Source of the DNA: an uncultured Gammaproteobacteria bacterium
GTDB lineage: Bacteria > Patescibacteriota > Microgenomatia > Daviesbacterales > UBA10151
Assembly: GCA_964392925.1 (NCBI GenBank)
Contig: CAYMRP010000005.1
Location: forward strand, 26,093 to 90,092
Length of the DNA: 64,000 bases
Direction of reading: 5' to 3'
Shown: positions 9,576 to 18,811 of the stretch, one piece after another
Position numbering within the stretch: the first letter of the stretch is position 1
Layout of the letters: each line of letters starts with the position of its first letter
Notes under the pieces: model-generated
What the model was told of the DNA's origin: nothing
Database searches by the model: none
The model's input: the letters and a program-made list of their open reading frames with translations, nothing else
Translations under genes and position numbers: made by a program

Positions 9576-10253
9576 ATGGAGCAGCAGCAGAGAAGTTTAG
9601 TCTTTACAGCCGCAGTCGGCTTAATAATTCTAGCCATTATTGTCGGTTCAATATACTATTTAGTTAAGTTCATTCAAGGCCGTGTAGCCTCAACCCGACA
9701 ATCTCCTAATCCTAGCATTGAAGAATTAGTTGAAAGTTCAGCAAGTGCTAGCGTTCTGGCAAATCAGATTATTCCCAATCCTCAAATTCAAACACCAACA
9801 CAGCAAAATCAGCCTCAAAATCAAAATCAACCAGCTGCTGTAAGTAATCTACCTGCCGATAAAAAAGTCTTTAATGGCGGGGCCTTTCAATTCGTCTATC
9901 CCAAAGATTGGGGTATATTAGCTTGTGATAACTCTCAAAATATCGAACTTGACCCCACAAATAGCGCCGACTCTAAAATTGCCTGTGGAACCGCCGCCAA
10001 ACCTATTACTGTCTTGGTTGGAGATGTCACAGGTTGTGAAGGTCAAACTGCTAAAGTTGGAAATATTGACGTTGTAAAATCCCAGGAAACTGAAGGCTCC
10101 TATACAAAATATCAGTGGTGCACTAAAACCACCCCAGTTTTTAACATTACACATCGTGTTTCAGAAGCTGGTGAAAGAGCTACCTCAAAACAAGATTTCT
10201 CAAAGCAAATAGAAGAAATGATCGCTAATCTCTCCTTCTCAAGAGGATCATAA
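9576..10253 (+). CDS. Membrane-anchored extracellular protein with Gln/Asn/Pro stalk and PsbP-like C-terminal domain (alternative start 9558)
   Basis: N-terminal TM, low-complexity linker, FQFVYPKDW motif, four Cys. Confidence 0.7.
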   Translation: MEQQQRSLVFTAAVGLIILAIIVGSIYYLVKFIQGRVASTRQSPNPSIEELVESSASASVLANQIIPNPQIQTPTQQNQPQNQNQPAAVSNLPADKKVFNGGAFQFVYPKDWGILACDNSQNIELDPTNSADSKIACGTAAKPITVLVGDVTGCEGQTAKVGNIDVVKSQETEGSYTKYQWCTKTTPVFNITHRVSEAGERATSKQDFSKQIEEMIANLSFSRGS

Positions 10254-10296
10254 CTCGGGCTTGTGGTACTTTTGCTACCCGTGATACTCTTAAATC

Positions 10297-10968
10297 ATGC
10301 AAAAGGGCTTTGCCTCAACCCTCTTTCTTGTTTTGATTCTTCTGATCGCCTCCTCTCTAGCAGGCTATTGGTTTTTAATCCGTGAAACGAATCCTCCAGC
10401 CCCAACTAAAGTCATCTCACCAGCCATCACTCCTAAAGTAGAGGACCGGCCCCAAACTTCTTTATATAAAAATCCTGACTTGGGAGTTGAATTCACTCTG
10501 CCTGAAGGTCTCATTGTTAAAACTGAGACTGAAACAGAATATTTTAAACGGGCCAATGGAAATATTCGAAATAATTTTACCTACTATGTTCAGTATTCTC
10601 CCGCTGAATTCGCCAGCAGTCTCTACGTCATTAATCAGGATGAAAAAGACCTAGATAAAGCAGTTTTTTCTCTTCTGGTCTTTCAAAATCCGGAAAATCT
10701 AACTCCCCAGGCTTTTTACAATCGTTATTGGTACTACCCATTCATTTGGGGCGAATTCGCAACTGGTGAGAAAAATAAAATATCTCCTAAAAACATTAAA
10801 CTGATAAGTGGAGTAGAAGCCGGTTCCGCTACTATAGACTTCCGCCCTGGAAATCCGGAATTCATATATCTGCCGGTAGGCAAAAAAGATCAGATGATTC
10901 AAATTCATTTCCCTTCACAGAATCCTCAGGCAAATGAAATTCTTGGCTCATTTCAAATAACTGACTAA
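10297..10968 (+). CDS. Membrane-anchored protein with prepilin-like (class III) N-terminus and PsbP-like domain
   Basis: MQKG/FASTLFLVLILL; YKNPDLGVEFTLPEG; ends EILGSFQI. Confidence 0.7.
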   Translation: MQKGFASTLFLVLILLIASSLAGYWFLIRETNPPAPTKVISPAITPKVEDRPQTSLYKNPDLGVEFTLPEGLIVKTETETEYFKRANGNIRNNFTYYVQYSPAEFASSLYVINQDEKDLDKAVFSLLVFQNPENLTPQAFYNRYWYYPFIWGEFATGEKNKISPKNIKLISGVEAGSATIDFRPGNPEFIYLPVGKKDQMIQIHFPSQNPQANEILGSFQITD

Positions 10969-10985
10969 TCTCCTACAATACAAAA

Positions 10986-11336
10986 ATGCGGGGAGTCCAA
11001 AGAAGCATCACCCATTCATTCACAATAGTAGCCATTCTAATCATAGCCACCGCTTTAAGCGCCGGTTATTTTGTTTACTATATAGATGCCAAGAAAGCCG
11101 GCAAACTAGGCAATCAAAATATAAACTCATTCGAGGACTGCGCTAAACATTATCCCGTAATGGAGTCCTATCCTGAACAATGCAACACCCCCGATGGAAA
11201 ACATTTTACTCGAGAGCTCTCTGAAGAAGAGAATAAAAACCTTATCCCCATCTCTGAAGAATCACACCAGGACCCCGAATCAGTAGAAGGCTTTCCAGGA
11301 AGCGGCAAGGAAAAATACAATAATAAGCTAGAGTAA
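10986..11336 (+). CDS. Small membrane-anchored protein with a SFEDC...YPVMESYPEQC.TPDG.HF disulfide module
   Basis: TM followed by INSFEDCAKHYPVMESYPEQCNTPDGKHFTRE, a module I recognise from CPR surface proteins. Confidence 0.7.
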   Translation: MRGVQRSITHSFTIVAILIIATALSAGYFVYYIDAKKAGKLGNQNINSFEDCAKHYPVMESYPEQCNTPDGKHFTRELSEEENKNLIPISEESHQDPESVEGFPGSGKEKYNNKLE

Positions 11337-12017
11337 GTAGATATCAACATATCTCGCCGACCATCCCGCAGTCCTCGCATCTTCAAACCCCAAATCAATA
11401 ATATTTCCCTTAATGGCTCCACCAGTATCTCCAGCTACAGCTTTCCCGTACCCGGGAACATAAACATTCGATCGTAATTTAATCACAGATGGGTCAACCG
11501 CAATAACTCCTTTTCCGGCCCTCATCCCAATAGCCGTCCATTCATTACACCCCGGACATCTTGAATCATAATGGACGGCATAAACTCTCATTTTCTTCCA
11601 ATACCGGATCTCTCCCTCAGGTGTTTGCATAGTCTTCCAGACAATTTTCGTTCCCCGCGAAATTATTTCACTAACCGGCTTCTCAGTTCTCACATCCACC
11701 ACATCTTTATCAAACTCCTCATCATTATAAAAAGTAATTTTAGTCGTAGTTATCTTCTTGCCATCCTTACCTTCTTGGACCACACTCTCAATACCAGCTT
11801 CGACTTCAGGATCATCTTTAAACTCTTTCTCAAACTTTATTTTAGCCTCATCAGTTGCAAATTTCTCTTCAAATAAAGATTGGGTTTTAATCGGTTGGGT
11901 GATTCCTAAAACTTCCGGTTTTGCAGCCTCAGGATTATTAGCTAAATCCGGACCCGAAGCTGAAACAATATTAAGTGACATCAATCCGGCAATTGCAGCA
12001 TTTAGAAGATTATCCAT
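11328..12017 (-). CDS. G5 plus 3D-domain cell-wall protein (YabE/Sps-like putative lytic transglycosylase)
   Basis: VQEGKDGKK...PVSEIISRGTK (G5); IAVDPSVI, AGDTGGAIKGNIIDL (3D). Confidence 0.88.
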   Translation of the reverse strand: MDNLLNAAIAGLMSLNIVSASGPDLANNPEAAKPEVLGITQPIKTQSLFEEKFATDEAKIKFEKEFKDDPEVEAGIESVVQEGKDGKKITTTKITFYNDEEFDKDVVDVRTEKPVSEIISRGTKIVWKTMQTPEGEIRYWKKMRVYAVHYDSRCPGCNEWTAIGMRAGKGVIAVDPSVIKLRSNVYVPGYGKAVAGDTGGAIKGNIIDLGFEDARTAGWSARYVDIYLL

Positions 12018-12078
12018 TGTGGGATGCCAAAAACTTTAACGGATTGATGAGTAAAAATCAACTTGACGGCTTATGAAT

Positions 12079-13959
12079 TTAGCTGTTTAACCAGTCGTCA
12101 TCATCCTTCAAACTTGATAAATGATCTGATTCCCAATCCGGTCGATCCACAAACTGATCAGCATCCTGATACTGTAATTTTTGATCAAGCAGGCTCTCTG
12201 AAATATTAGCCAGAAACCTGGATGGTAAATTATTTGATCTGGTTCCAAAGTAAAGTCTGGAGCGCGCATAACTCAAGAATAATTTTTGTTTAGCTCTCGT
12301 TATCCCAACATAAGCCAATCTTCTTTCTTCTTCCATCTGAGTTGGATCAAGCATGCTTCTTGAATGGGGGAATAGTCCTTCCTCAAGTCCCACTAAAAAT
12401 ACCGTTTCAAATTCCAACCCCTTGGCCGCATGAATAGTCATCAATGTCACAACCTCCTTTTGCTCCTCAGAAATCCCATCAGGCATTTGTTTGTCCTGAA
12501 TTAAAGCCACATTCTCTAGAAACTGCACTATATCTGGAAAAAGTTCCGCTACAGATCTCAGCTCTTTCACATTTTCAATCCGTTGTTTACCGACTTCCGA
12601 TCCATCATCTAGATATTCCAAATACTCAGTCACTCTTAAAATATCATCTAAAATATCAATAGTGGCATCAGTTGGGTTGATCGTAATCTCTAAAAATTTC
12701 CTCGACCTGATTTTGCCTGTTTTCTCGATTCTTTTTAAAGACACCGAATCTTTAGGATTTGCCACCAGCCTTAAATAAGCTAAAACATCTTTAATCTCTT
12801 TTCTTTCATAAAACTGAACTCCGCCCACTAAACGATAGGGCACACCTCGTTTTATAAAAATTTCTTCAAACGACCTTGACTGGGCATTGGTTCTATAAAG
12901 GATTGCAAAATCATTAAGCGAACTGCCTGATTTTTTAATCTGTTCAATAATAAAATTAGCCTCATCCACTTCACTTCTAGCCTCATAAAGCGTTAATTTC
13001 TCACCTTTTGAATTCTCTGTCCAAAGCTTCAAAACCGGATGTGATTTATTAAGAGATATAACCTCAGTCGCGGCATCCAAAATATTCTGAGTGGACCTGT
13101 AATTCTGCTCCAGATTAAAAACCTTCGCTTCTGCATAGTCCTTTTTAAAATTAACAATATTTCTATAGTCCGCTCCTCTAAACGCATATATAGATTGGGA
13201 AGCATCTCCAACAACACAAATATTCCTATACCGAGCAGCCAACATCTTCACTATTAAGTATTGGGCAGAATTTGTGTCCTGATACTCATCAACCATTATG
13301 AATTTAAATAGTTGCTGATAACGGGATAGTGTTTCCGGATCATTCTGAAAAAGTTTGATTAACATGTGCAATAAATCATCAAAATCAACCGCATCGTTTC
13401 GTCTCAGAATTTTCTGATAACCCATATAGACCTTAGCTACAGTCTCCTGAAAAAACCCTCGCGCATAATTCGGGTATTCAAGATCCGAAATCATATTATT
13501 TTTAGCCTCAGAGATAACTTTTTTAATCGCCCAGGGGTTAATTTTTTTGTCGCCGCCTAATCCAAGTTCTGCCAAAGACTCTTTTATGGCATCCAAAGTA
13601 TCCCCGTCATCATAAATAGTAAAGTTTGGAGCCAATCCAATTCTACCGCCATCTTTTCGTAAAATTCTCGCCGCAAACGAGTGAAAAGTGCTCAAAAGGG
13701 GAAGTGAATGAATATCAACACCGGAAGTCGAAAGCAGTTTTATAGTTCTTTCCTTCATCTCCTGAGAAGCTTTGTTGGTGAAAGTAATCGCTAAAATCTC
13801 ATGCGGCTCGCAAACCCTTTGCTCAATTAAATAAGCAATTTTATAAGTTAAAACTCGAGTTTTCCCAGATCCAGCACCAGCCAAAATTAAGATCGGCCCT
13901 TTAGTTTGCTTAACAGCTTGTTGTTGAACAGGATTTAATTCATCTAAAAGCGAGGGCAT
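12079..13959 (-). CDS. pcrA: ATP-dependent DNA helicase PcrA/UvrD
   Basis: AGAGSGKT, VDEYQDTN, VGDASQSIYAFRGA, LEQNYRST, TIHAAKGLEF, EERRLAYVGITRA. Confidence 0.95.
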   Translation of the reverse strand: MPSLLDELNPVQQQAVKQTKGPILILAGAGSGKTRVLTYKIAYLIEQRVCEPHEILAITFTNKASQEMKERTIKLLSTSGVDIHSLPLLSTFHSFAARILRKDGGRIGLAPNFTIYDDGDTLDAIKESLAELGLGGDKKINPWAIKKVISEAKNNMISDLEYPNYARGFFQETVAKVYMGYQKILRRNDAVDFDDLLHMLIKLFQNDPETLSRYQQLFKFIMVDEYQDTNSAQYLIVKMLAARYRNICVVGDASQSIYAFRGADYRNIVNFKKDYAEAKVFNLEQNYRSTQNILDAATEVISLNKSHPVLKLWTENSKGEKLTLYEARSEVDEANFIIEQIKKSGSSLNDFAILYRTNAQSRSFEEIFIKRGVPYRLVGGVQFYERKEIKDVLAYLRLVANPKDSVSLKRIEKTGKIRSRKFLEITINPTDATIDILDDILRVTEYLEYLDDGSEVGKQRIENVKELRSVAELFPDIVQFLENVALIQDKQMPDGISEEQKEVVTLMTIHAAKGLEFETVFLVGLEEGLFPHSRSMLDPTQMEEERRLAYVGITRAKQKLFLSYARSRLYFGTRSNNLPSRFLANISESLLDQKLQYQDADQFVDRPDWESDHLSSLKDDDDWLNS

Positions 13960-13988
13960 ATAAGAAACCTAGTTTAACACATGATTTA

Positions 13989-14273
13989 CTAGCGATAGTG
14001 CAGAATAAGTTTGAACAGAAATCGAATACTCAAATAAATTAAAAGCACAAAAATTGGCCCAGATATATACACTAATTCCAGAGGATAATTTAGCTTTGTA
14101 ATGGGAAGGATTGGTAGAAGAAAAGTATATTCCAGGACTAACCCAGGCTTGCTCCCTGACATTGCTGAAGCAAAAATATAAAAAGCATTATAAAAGCCCC
14201 ATGCCGCACCCAGCAGAGTCGAAACTATAAGAACAACCACGGTTTCTAAAAAGATTTTAAAATCTCTTGACAT
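13989..14273 (-). CDS. Small hypothetical membrane protein (94 aa, MSRDFKIF...)
   Basis: Hydrophobic 3' portion of the track ORF 13989..14600; its upstream extension is only the antisense of trxA. Confidence 0.6.
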   Translation of the reverse strand: MSRDFKIFLETVVVLIVSTLLGAAWGFYNAFYIFASAMSGSKPGLVLEYTFLLPILPITKLNYPLELVYISGPIFVLLIYLSIRFLFKLILHYR

Positions 14274-14358
14274 AGTATCTTTAAATGCTAACAAACTAGT
14301 AACCACTTTACAAAATAGAAATTTAGAGTTAGGATGATTATCCCGAAAGGAATTAATT

Positions 14359-14628
14359 ATGGCAAAAGTAACTTTTCTAGATTTTTGGGCTCCATGGTGC
14401 GGACCCTGTAAAATAACAACTCCTATCGTCGATGAACTCGAAAAAGAGTTTAAAGATGTTGAATTCCAAAAAATAAATGTTGATGAAGATCCTGCAATGT
14501 CTTCAAAATTCGGAGTTATGAGTATTCCAACATTCGTAATTATGAAAGACGATAAAGAAGTAGGCAGAAAAATCGGCGCTATGCCAAAAGCCGAACTCAA
14601 AAAATTAGTTGAATCAGGCCTCTCTTAG
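14359..14628 (+). CDS. trxA: Thioredoxin
   Basis: DFWAPWCGPC active site, GVMSIPT. Confidence 0.95.
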   Translation: MAKVTFLDFWAPWCGPCKITTPIVDELEKEFKDVEFQKINVDEDPAMSSKFGVMSIPTFVIMKDDKEVGRKIGAMPKAELKKLVESGLS

Positions 14629-14634
14629 TGCTTC

Positions 14635-15003
14635 ATGGAAGAAACTTCCTTCAAAGACTTAGTTATCGAAATAATTAAAAGTATCCCTTACGGCAAAGTC
14701 ACAACCTACGGTACTGTCGCAACTCTTGCAGGTTCTCCAAGATCCGCTAGGGAAGTCGGCTATTTATTGCACTCCCTAACAGAAAAACACAACCTTCCCT
14801 GGCAGCGGGTGATCAACAAAAAAGGCTTTATCTCGATTCGCGGCAATGATGTAAATATGAAAAATCTCCAAAAATCTTTACTAGACGAAGAAGGTGTAGC
14901 AGTCTCCGAAGACTTCATGGTAGACTTAAAAAAATATGGATGGTGGGGAGATGAAAAAGATTTGGATAGTAGCCAATTGGAAGAGCAACTTAGGGCTTTC
15001 TGA
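14635..15003 (+). CDS. Alkyltransferase-like (ATL/YbaZ-type) O6-alkylguanine-binding protein
   Basis: IPYGKVTTYG, SAREVG, PWQRV in place of the catalytic PCHRV. Confidence 0.88.
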   Translation: MEETSFKDLVIEIIKSIPYGKVTTYGTVATLAGSPRSAREVGYLLHSLTEKHNLPWQRVINKKGFISIRGNDVNMKNLQKSLLDEEGVAVSEDFMVDLKKYGWWGDEKDLDSSQLEEQLRAF

Positions 15004-15619
15004 GAGCTTAGAATGGATTAATAAAGTCGGCCCTCAATTAAATAATAGGCAGGATCTTCAGGTAGTTGTAGCGCCTCGTTTCTCAGCTCTCCCCGAACTA
15101 AAAAAAGAAATCCAGATAAACAATTATCCAATAATTCTTGCCTCTCAGGATCTGTCACCATTTGGAACCGGCTCATACACCGGCGAAGAACCAGCAGAAC
15201 TTTTAAAGGAACTAGTATCCATGTCTATTATTGGCCACTCAGAACGCCGCGATAAATTTGCTGAAACTGACGAAATGATTGCCGAAAAAGTAAAACAGGC
15301 TAAAGCCGTAGGTATTGAGCCAATTCTTTGTATCCAAAATTCTGAAACTCCAATCCCTGAGGGTGTCACATTAGCCGCCTATGAGCCTATTTTTGCCATC
15401 GGCACCGGAACACCGGATACTCCTCAAAATGCCAATTCAGTCGCCAAAGATATAAAATCCCGAAACCCAAATCTAAGCATTCTCTATGGGGGAAGCGTGA
15501 ATTCTGAAAACTGTCAGACTTTCGTTGATGAGGAAAGTATCTCTGGACTTTTAATAGGCAAGGCCTCCCTTGATCCTGAAGAATTTTTGAAAATTGTTGA
15601 AAATTGCGCTAAAGTATAG
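14951..15619 (+). CDS. tpiA: Triosephosphate isomerase
   Basis: ANWK, GSYTGE, IGHSERR, AYEPIFAIGTG, LYGGSV. ATG at 14951 follows GGGGAG. Confidence 0.95.
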   Translation: MKKIWIVANWKSNLGLSESLEWINKVGPQLNNRQDLQVVVAPRFSALPELKKEIQINNYPIILASQDLSPFGTGSYTGEEPAELLKELVSMSIIGHSERRDKFAETDEMIAEKVKQAKAVGIEPILCIQNSETPIPEGVTLAAYEPIFAIGTGTPDTPQNANSVAKDIKSRNPNLSILYGGSVNSENCQTFVDEESISGLLIGKASLDPEEFLKIVENCAKV

Positions 15620-15649
15620 AGTCTGACATAAGATATTTTGAGGTGAGAA

Positions 15650-16900
15650 GTGTCCCACATCAAAAATTCCAAACAAAACATGGACCATGATTTCAAAAGC
15701 ATAAAATTTAATAATGTTCCATCAGGTAAGAAACAGACTGCCTTTATAAAAATCACGGTTTTGATAGCCGTTCTGGCGATCACCTTATATGCAGTTTGGT
15801 GGTTTTTTACCAATTCCGGCGCTTCAGCAGTTGAAATGGTTTTCAAAAAAAATAAGATAGAACAGACTGAGGATAAAGTGAATGTTCTCCTTTTAGGTAA
15901 TGCTGGTGGCAAACACGCCGGTGCAACTTTAACCGACTCGATAATCGTCGCTTCTTATAATACTAAAACCAATAAGGCTACGCTTTTTTCAATCCCCCGC
16001 GATCTATGGTTGGATAATGTAGATGCTAAAGTGAATACCGTTTATCAGCAAGGCAAAAAAGAAACCGGCAACGGCCTTAAATACTCCGAAGAAAAAATTG
16101 GAGAAATATTAGGACTACCCATTCATTATGGTGTCAGGGTTGATTTTAATGGTTTTGCCAAAGCTATTGACCTGGTTGAGGGGATAGAAGTTAATGTGCC
16201 GAACAGCTTTGACGATTACGTCTACCCAATCGAAGGCAAAGAAGAGGATCTCTGCGGTCTAACTGAAAAAGAAGTTGAGATTAGGGAAGACCAGCTCAGC
16301 TCGCTCAAGCTTCCAGCTGGAACTCCTGTCTCCCCAGTTGTAGAAGGGAAAATTAAAATAAAAACTCTCGTCGGCCCCAATGATAAAATCGCTACCGAAT
16401 CCTCAGATTTCGCTTGCCGTTTTGAGCATCTTCATTTTGATTCTGGTCTAACAACAATGGATGGTGAGACTGCTTTAAAGTTCGTCAGAAGCCGCCAGGG
16501 GACTAACGGTGAAGGCTCTGACTTTGCCAGGTCAAGACGGCAGCAGCTGGTACTGGATGCTTTTCGCTCCAAAGTACTGTCGCTAGAAACACTTCTAGCT
16601 CCGAGTAAGCTTTTAGGTCTGGCTTCTACTTTTGGTGAAAGTTTCGAAACTGATATTGCTAATGATAAATTCCTTCAATTCTTTAACTTGGCAAAAAAAC
16701 TCGAAACAACTGAGAATATCGTTCTTGGTGATCTTGGAAAAGGGGAGTCTCTTTTAGAAGTTGGGGCAGCAGGCAAATACGGCGCTTTTGTCATGGTCCC
16801 CAAAAATGATGATTGGAAAGTAATCCCCGAATTTATAAAACTAAAACTTGAAGGTTCTGCCTCAGCTATACTTGCTCCTTCTGCCTCACCAAAGAAATAA
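15650..16900 (+). CDS. LytR-CpsA-Psr (LCP) family glycopolymer transferase
   Basis: TM, VNVLLLG, TDSIIV, SIPRDLW, ALKFVRSR, SDFARSRRQQ. Confidence 0.92.
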   Translation: MSHIKNSKQNMDHDFKSIKFNNVPSGKKQTAFIKITVLIAVLAITLYAVWWFFTNSGASAVEMVFKKNKIEQTEDKVNVLLLGNAGGKHAGATLTDSIIVASYNTKTNKATLFSIPRDLWLDNVDAKVNTVYQQGKKETGNGLKYSEEKIGEILGLPIHYGVRVDFNGFAKAIDLVEGIEVNVPNSFDDYVYPIEGKEEDLCGLTEKEVEIREDQLSSLKLPAGTPVSPVVEGKIKIKTLVGPNDKIATESSDFACRFEHLHFDSGLTTMDGETALKFVRSRQGTNGEGSDFARSRRQQLVLDAFRSKVLSLETLLAPSKLLGLASTFGESFETDIANDKFLQFFNLAKKLETTENIVLGDLGKGESLLEVGAAGKYGAFVMVPKNDDWKVIPEFIKLKLEGSASAILAPSASPKK

Positions 16901-16910
16901 TTTTTATATT

Positions 16911-17552
16911 ATGAAATTGATTCTAATACATGGCAGTTTTCAAGAACCAGCTTTTAGTAAGCTGGTCCAAATCAAAAAAGACTTTAACCCTTTATCTATA
17001 ACCGAGAGCTCCGGTTCAGTTTTTAACATCTCCTCGCTAGGACTTTTCTCCGAAAAGCGTCTGATTATAGTTGAAAATCCGGATCTAAAAGTGCTTGAGA
17101 GGGTTATCGATCAAACAGATTCCGAACTGACTATCGTTCTTAAATTCTCCAAACTTCTTGAAAAATCATCCCCAATTTTAAAAAAAGCTTTAGAGATAAA
17201 AGCCGAAGTTCTGACTTTTACTGAAGTTAATCAAACATCTATTTTTCCACTATTAGATTTGCTCGGCAACAAAAGTCAGAACTCTTTTAAAGAATTTGAA
17301 AAAAATTATTCAGAGTTTGGAGCCCAATATTTATTAACGATGTTGGCTTACTTTTTACGTCGTATGACCCAGAAAGAGAAATCATCATCAGACTTTATGA
17401 GGCAAAAAATAGAATCGCAAAAAAGAAACTTTCCCTTAAATAAGATAGAGGAGTTATATCGAGAAATTATTGAAACTGATTTTAAAATCAAACAGGGCCT
17501 TCTCGAGGAAAAACTTGGTTTGACTATGCTTATTGGCAAAATCCTCAACTAG
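16911..17552 (+). CDS. holA: DNA polymerase III delta subunit (HolA)-like, shortened
   Basis: LILIHG start, SLGLFSEKRLIIVEN, C-terminal ETDFKIKQG...L collar motif. Confidence 0.65.
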   Translation: MKLILIHGSFQEPAFSKLVQIKKDFNPLSITESSGSVFNISSLGLFSEKRLIIVENPDLKVLERVIDQTDSELTIVLKFSKLLEKSSPILKKALEIKAEVLTFTEVNQTSIFPLLDLLGNKSQNSFKEFEKNYSEFGAQYLLTMLAYFLRRMTQKEKSSSDFMRQKIESQKRNFPLNKIEELYREIIETDFKIKQGLLEEKLGLTMLIGKILN

Positions 17553-17554
17553 AA

Positions 17555-18496
17555 TTAATTCTCAGTTATCTGTCTGGAAAACTCATCAACATCTTTTTGA
17601 TCAACCGCTCCATCTCCATTCACGTCAAACTTACTACCGCCTCCACCCAGTAAATTACCAGGTTTTGCAGTCTCTTTCAAAAGTGCCAGATCAAGCGAAT
17701 TCGCTTTTCCATCCCCATTAAAATCCAGTCCTCCTGAAGTCGCATTAAAAATAATATTTGTTATTGGCTGTGCCTCAAAGTTAGTTAAATCAAGATTGCT
17801 TCCAATCGGAATTGGCGGTAGGTTAACTGAAGATTCGGATATGCTTATTTTAATATTTGAGCGAAGCGAGCCTTTAACAACTGTCAATTCTGCACCGCTA
17901 TCAGCTGGCACAATAAATAGCTGGCTTAAGTTTTCACTTAAAACAGTTTTTAAAGGCAGAATAAAATTCCCCGCTGTAGAAGAAAATGTCGCCATCTTCT
18001 GAGCCCCTGGTATTTTAAGAAAAATTAATGATTCATCAACCGGATTCAAACTGGTATTTAGAATCGTGCCTTTTAACGGTTTAATAAATGAGTATTGGTC
18101 TTCTTCCTCAGCTGTCGCAATATTAGCCGTTTTAAAGCTTAATGCCTGCTGCATTAATTCCGAATTATTTTTAACTTTGTAATAATACTGAGTATTCGGT
18201 TTGAGATTATTGAGAGTTACAAAATGAACCAGTCTTGGTCTGACTTGCCGGCGGTCGCGATTATCAATTGCCTTGTCCGATAAAGAGGCTCCATTTTCTG
18301 AATACATTACCTGGCCCGTTGAAGGCGATACTGTTTGCCAAACAATAGTCGCTGTAGTATTTCCAACATTAACGACTTCAACATCGCTAATTTGAAAAAT
18401 AGCAGCCTGAGTTTGACTTCTATAGTAAAAAAACATTCCTACAGAAGCCAGCAAAGCTATCAGCAATGCAATTCCTACAAGTGTTGGTATCTTCAT
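17555..18496 (-). CDS. Membrane-anchored FN3/purple-acid-phosphatase-N-like protein with C-terminal dockerin-like Ca-binding repeats
   Basis: ATIVWQT...GQVMY, HFVTLNNLKPNTQYYYKV; DFNGDGKANSLD and DVNGDGAVDQKD. Confidence 0.8.
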   Translation of the reverse strand: MKIPTLVGIALLIALLASVGMFFYYRSQTQAAIFQISDVEVVNVGNTTATIVWQTVSPSTGQVMYSENGASLSDKAIDNRDRRQVRPRLVHFVTLNNLKPNTQYYYKVKNNSELMQQALSFKTANIATAEEEDQYSFIKPLKGTILNTSLNPVDESLIFLKIPGAQKMATFSSTAGNFILPLKTVLSENLSQLFIVPADSGAELTVVKGSLRSNIKISISESSVNLPPIPIGSNLDLTNFEAQPITNIIFNATSGGLDFNGDGKANSLDLALLKETAKPGNLLGGGGSKFDVNGDGAVDQKDVDEFSRQITEN

Positions 18497-18810
18497 TGTA
18501 TTAACTCAGCGCCTCCTGTAGCCGCAAGCGGACTTGAACTTGGAATAGAAGCTGGCAAAATAGAGGCAACAGGGGATGCAGAGGCTGTCGGTGCTGAAAT
18601 TGGAATATCAACACCAGTCTCTGAAACCTCAGTTCCTATTATATCTAAAACTCGGGAATTAAAATTCGGATTAACCGGCTCCAATGATGTCTCTAGTTTT
18701 GGGCTGATTGGAATGCTCGCTTTTGTGTTAAAGATAATATCTGAAACCAGCCATACCATTCCCACGAAAAATGTTATTCCAACTATCATTGCAAATTGTT
18801 TACTGTTCAT
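18493..18810 (-). CDS. Small membrane-anchored protein in the pil operon (PilP position)
   Basis: N-terminal TM, Ser/Pro/Ala tail, directly follows pilO and overlaps the next gene by 4 bp. Confidence 0.65.
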   Translation of the reverse strand: MNSKQFAMIVGITFFVGMVWLVSDIIFNTKASIPISPKLETSLEPVNPNFNSRVLDIIGTEVSETGVDIPISAPTASASPVASILPASIPSSSPLAATGGAELIQ

Positions 18811-18811
18811 A

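Noticed and set aside
14274-14600. Upstream extension of the 203-aa minus-strand ORF 13989..14600
   Set aside because: It is the antisense shadow of trxA; only the hydrophobic part from ATG 14273 looks like a gene.
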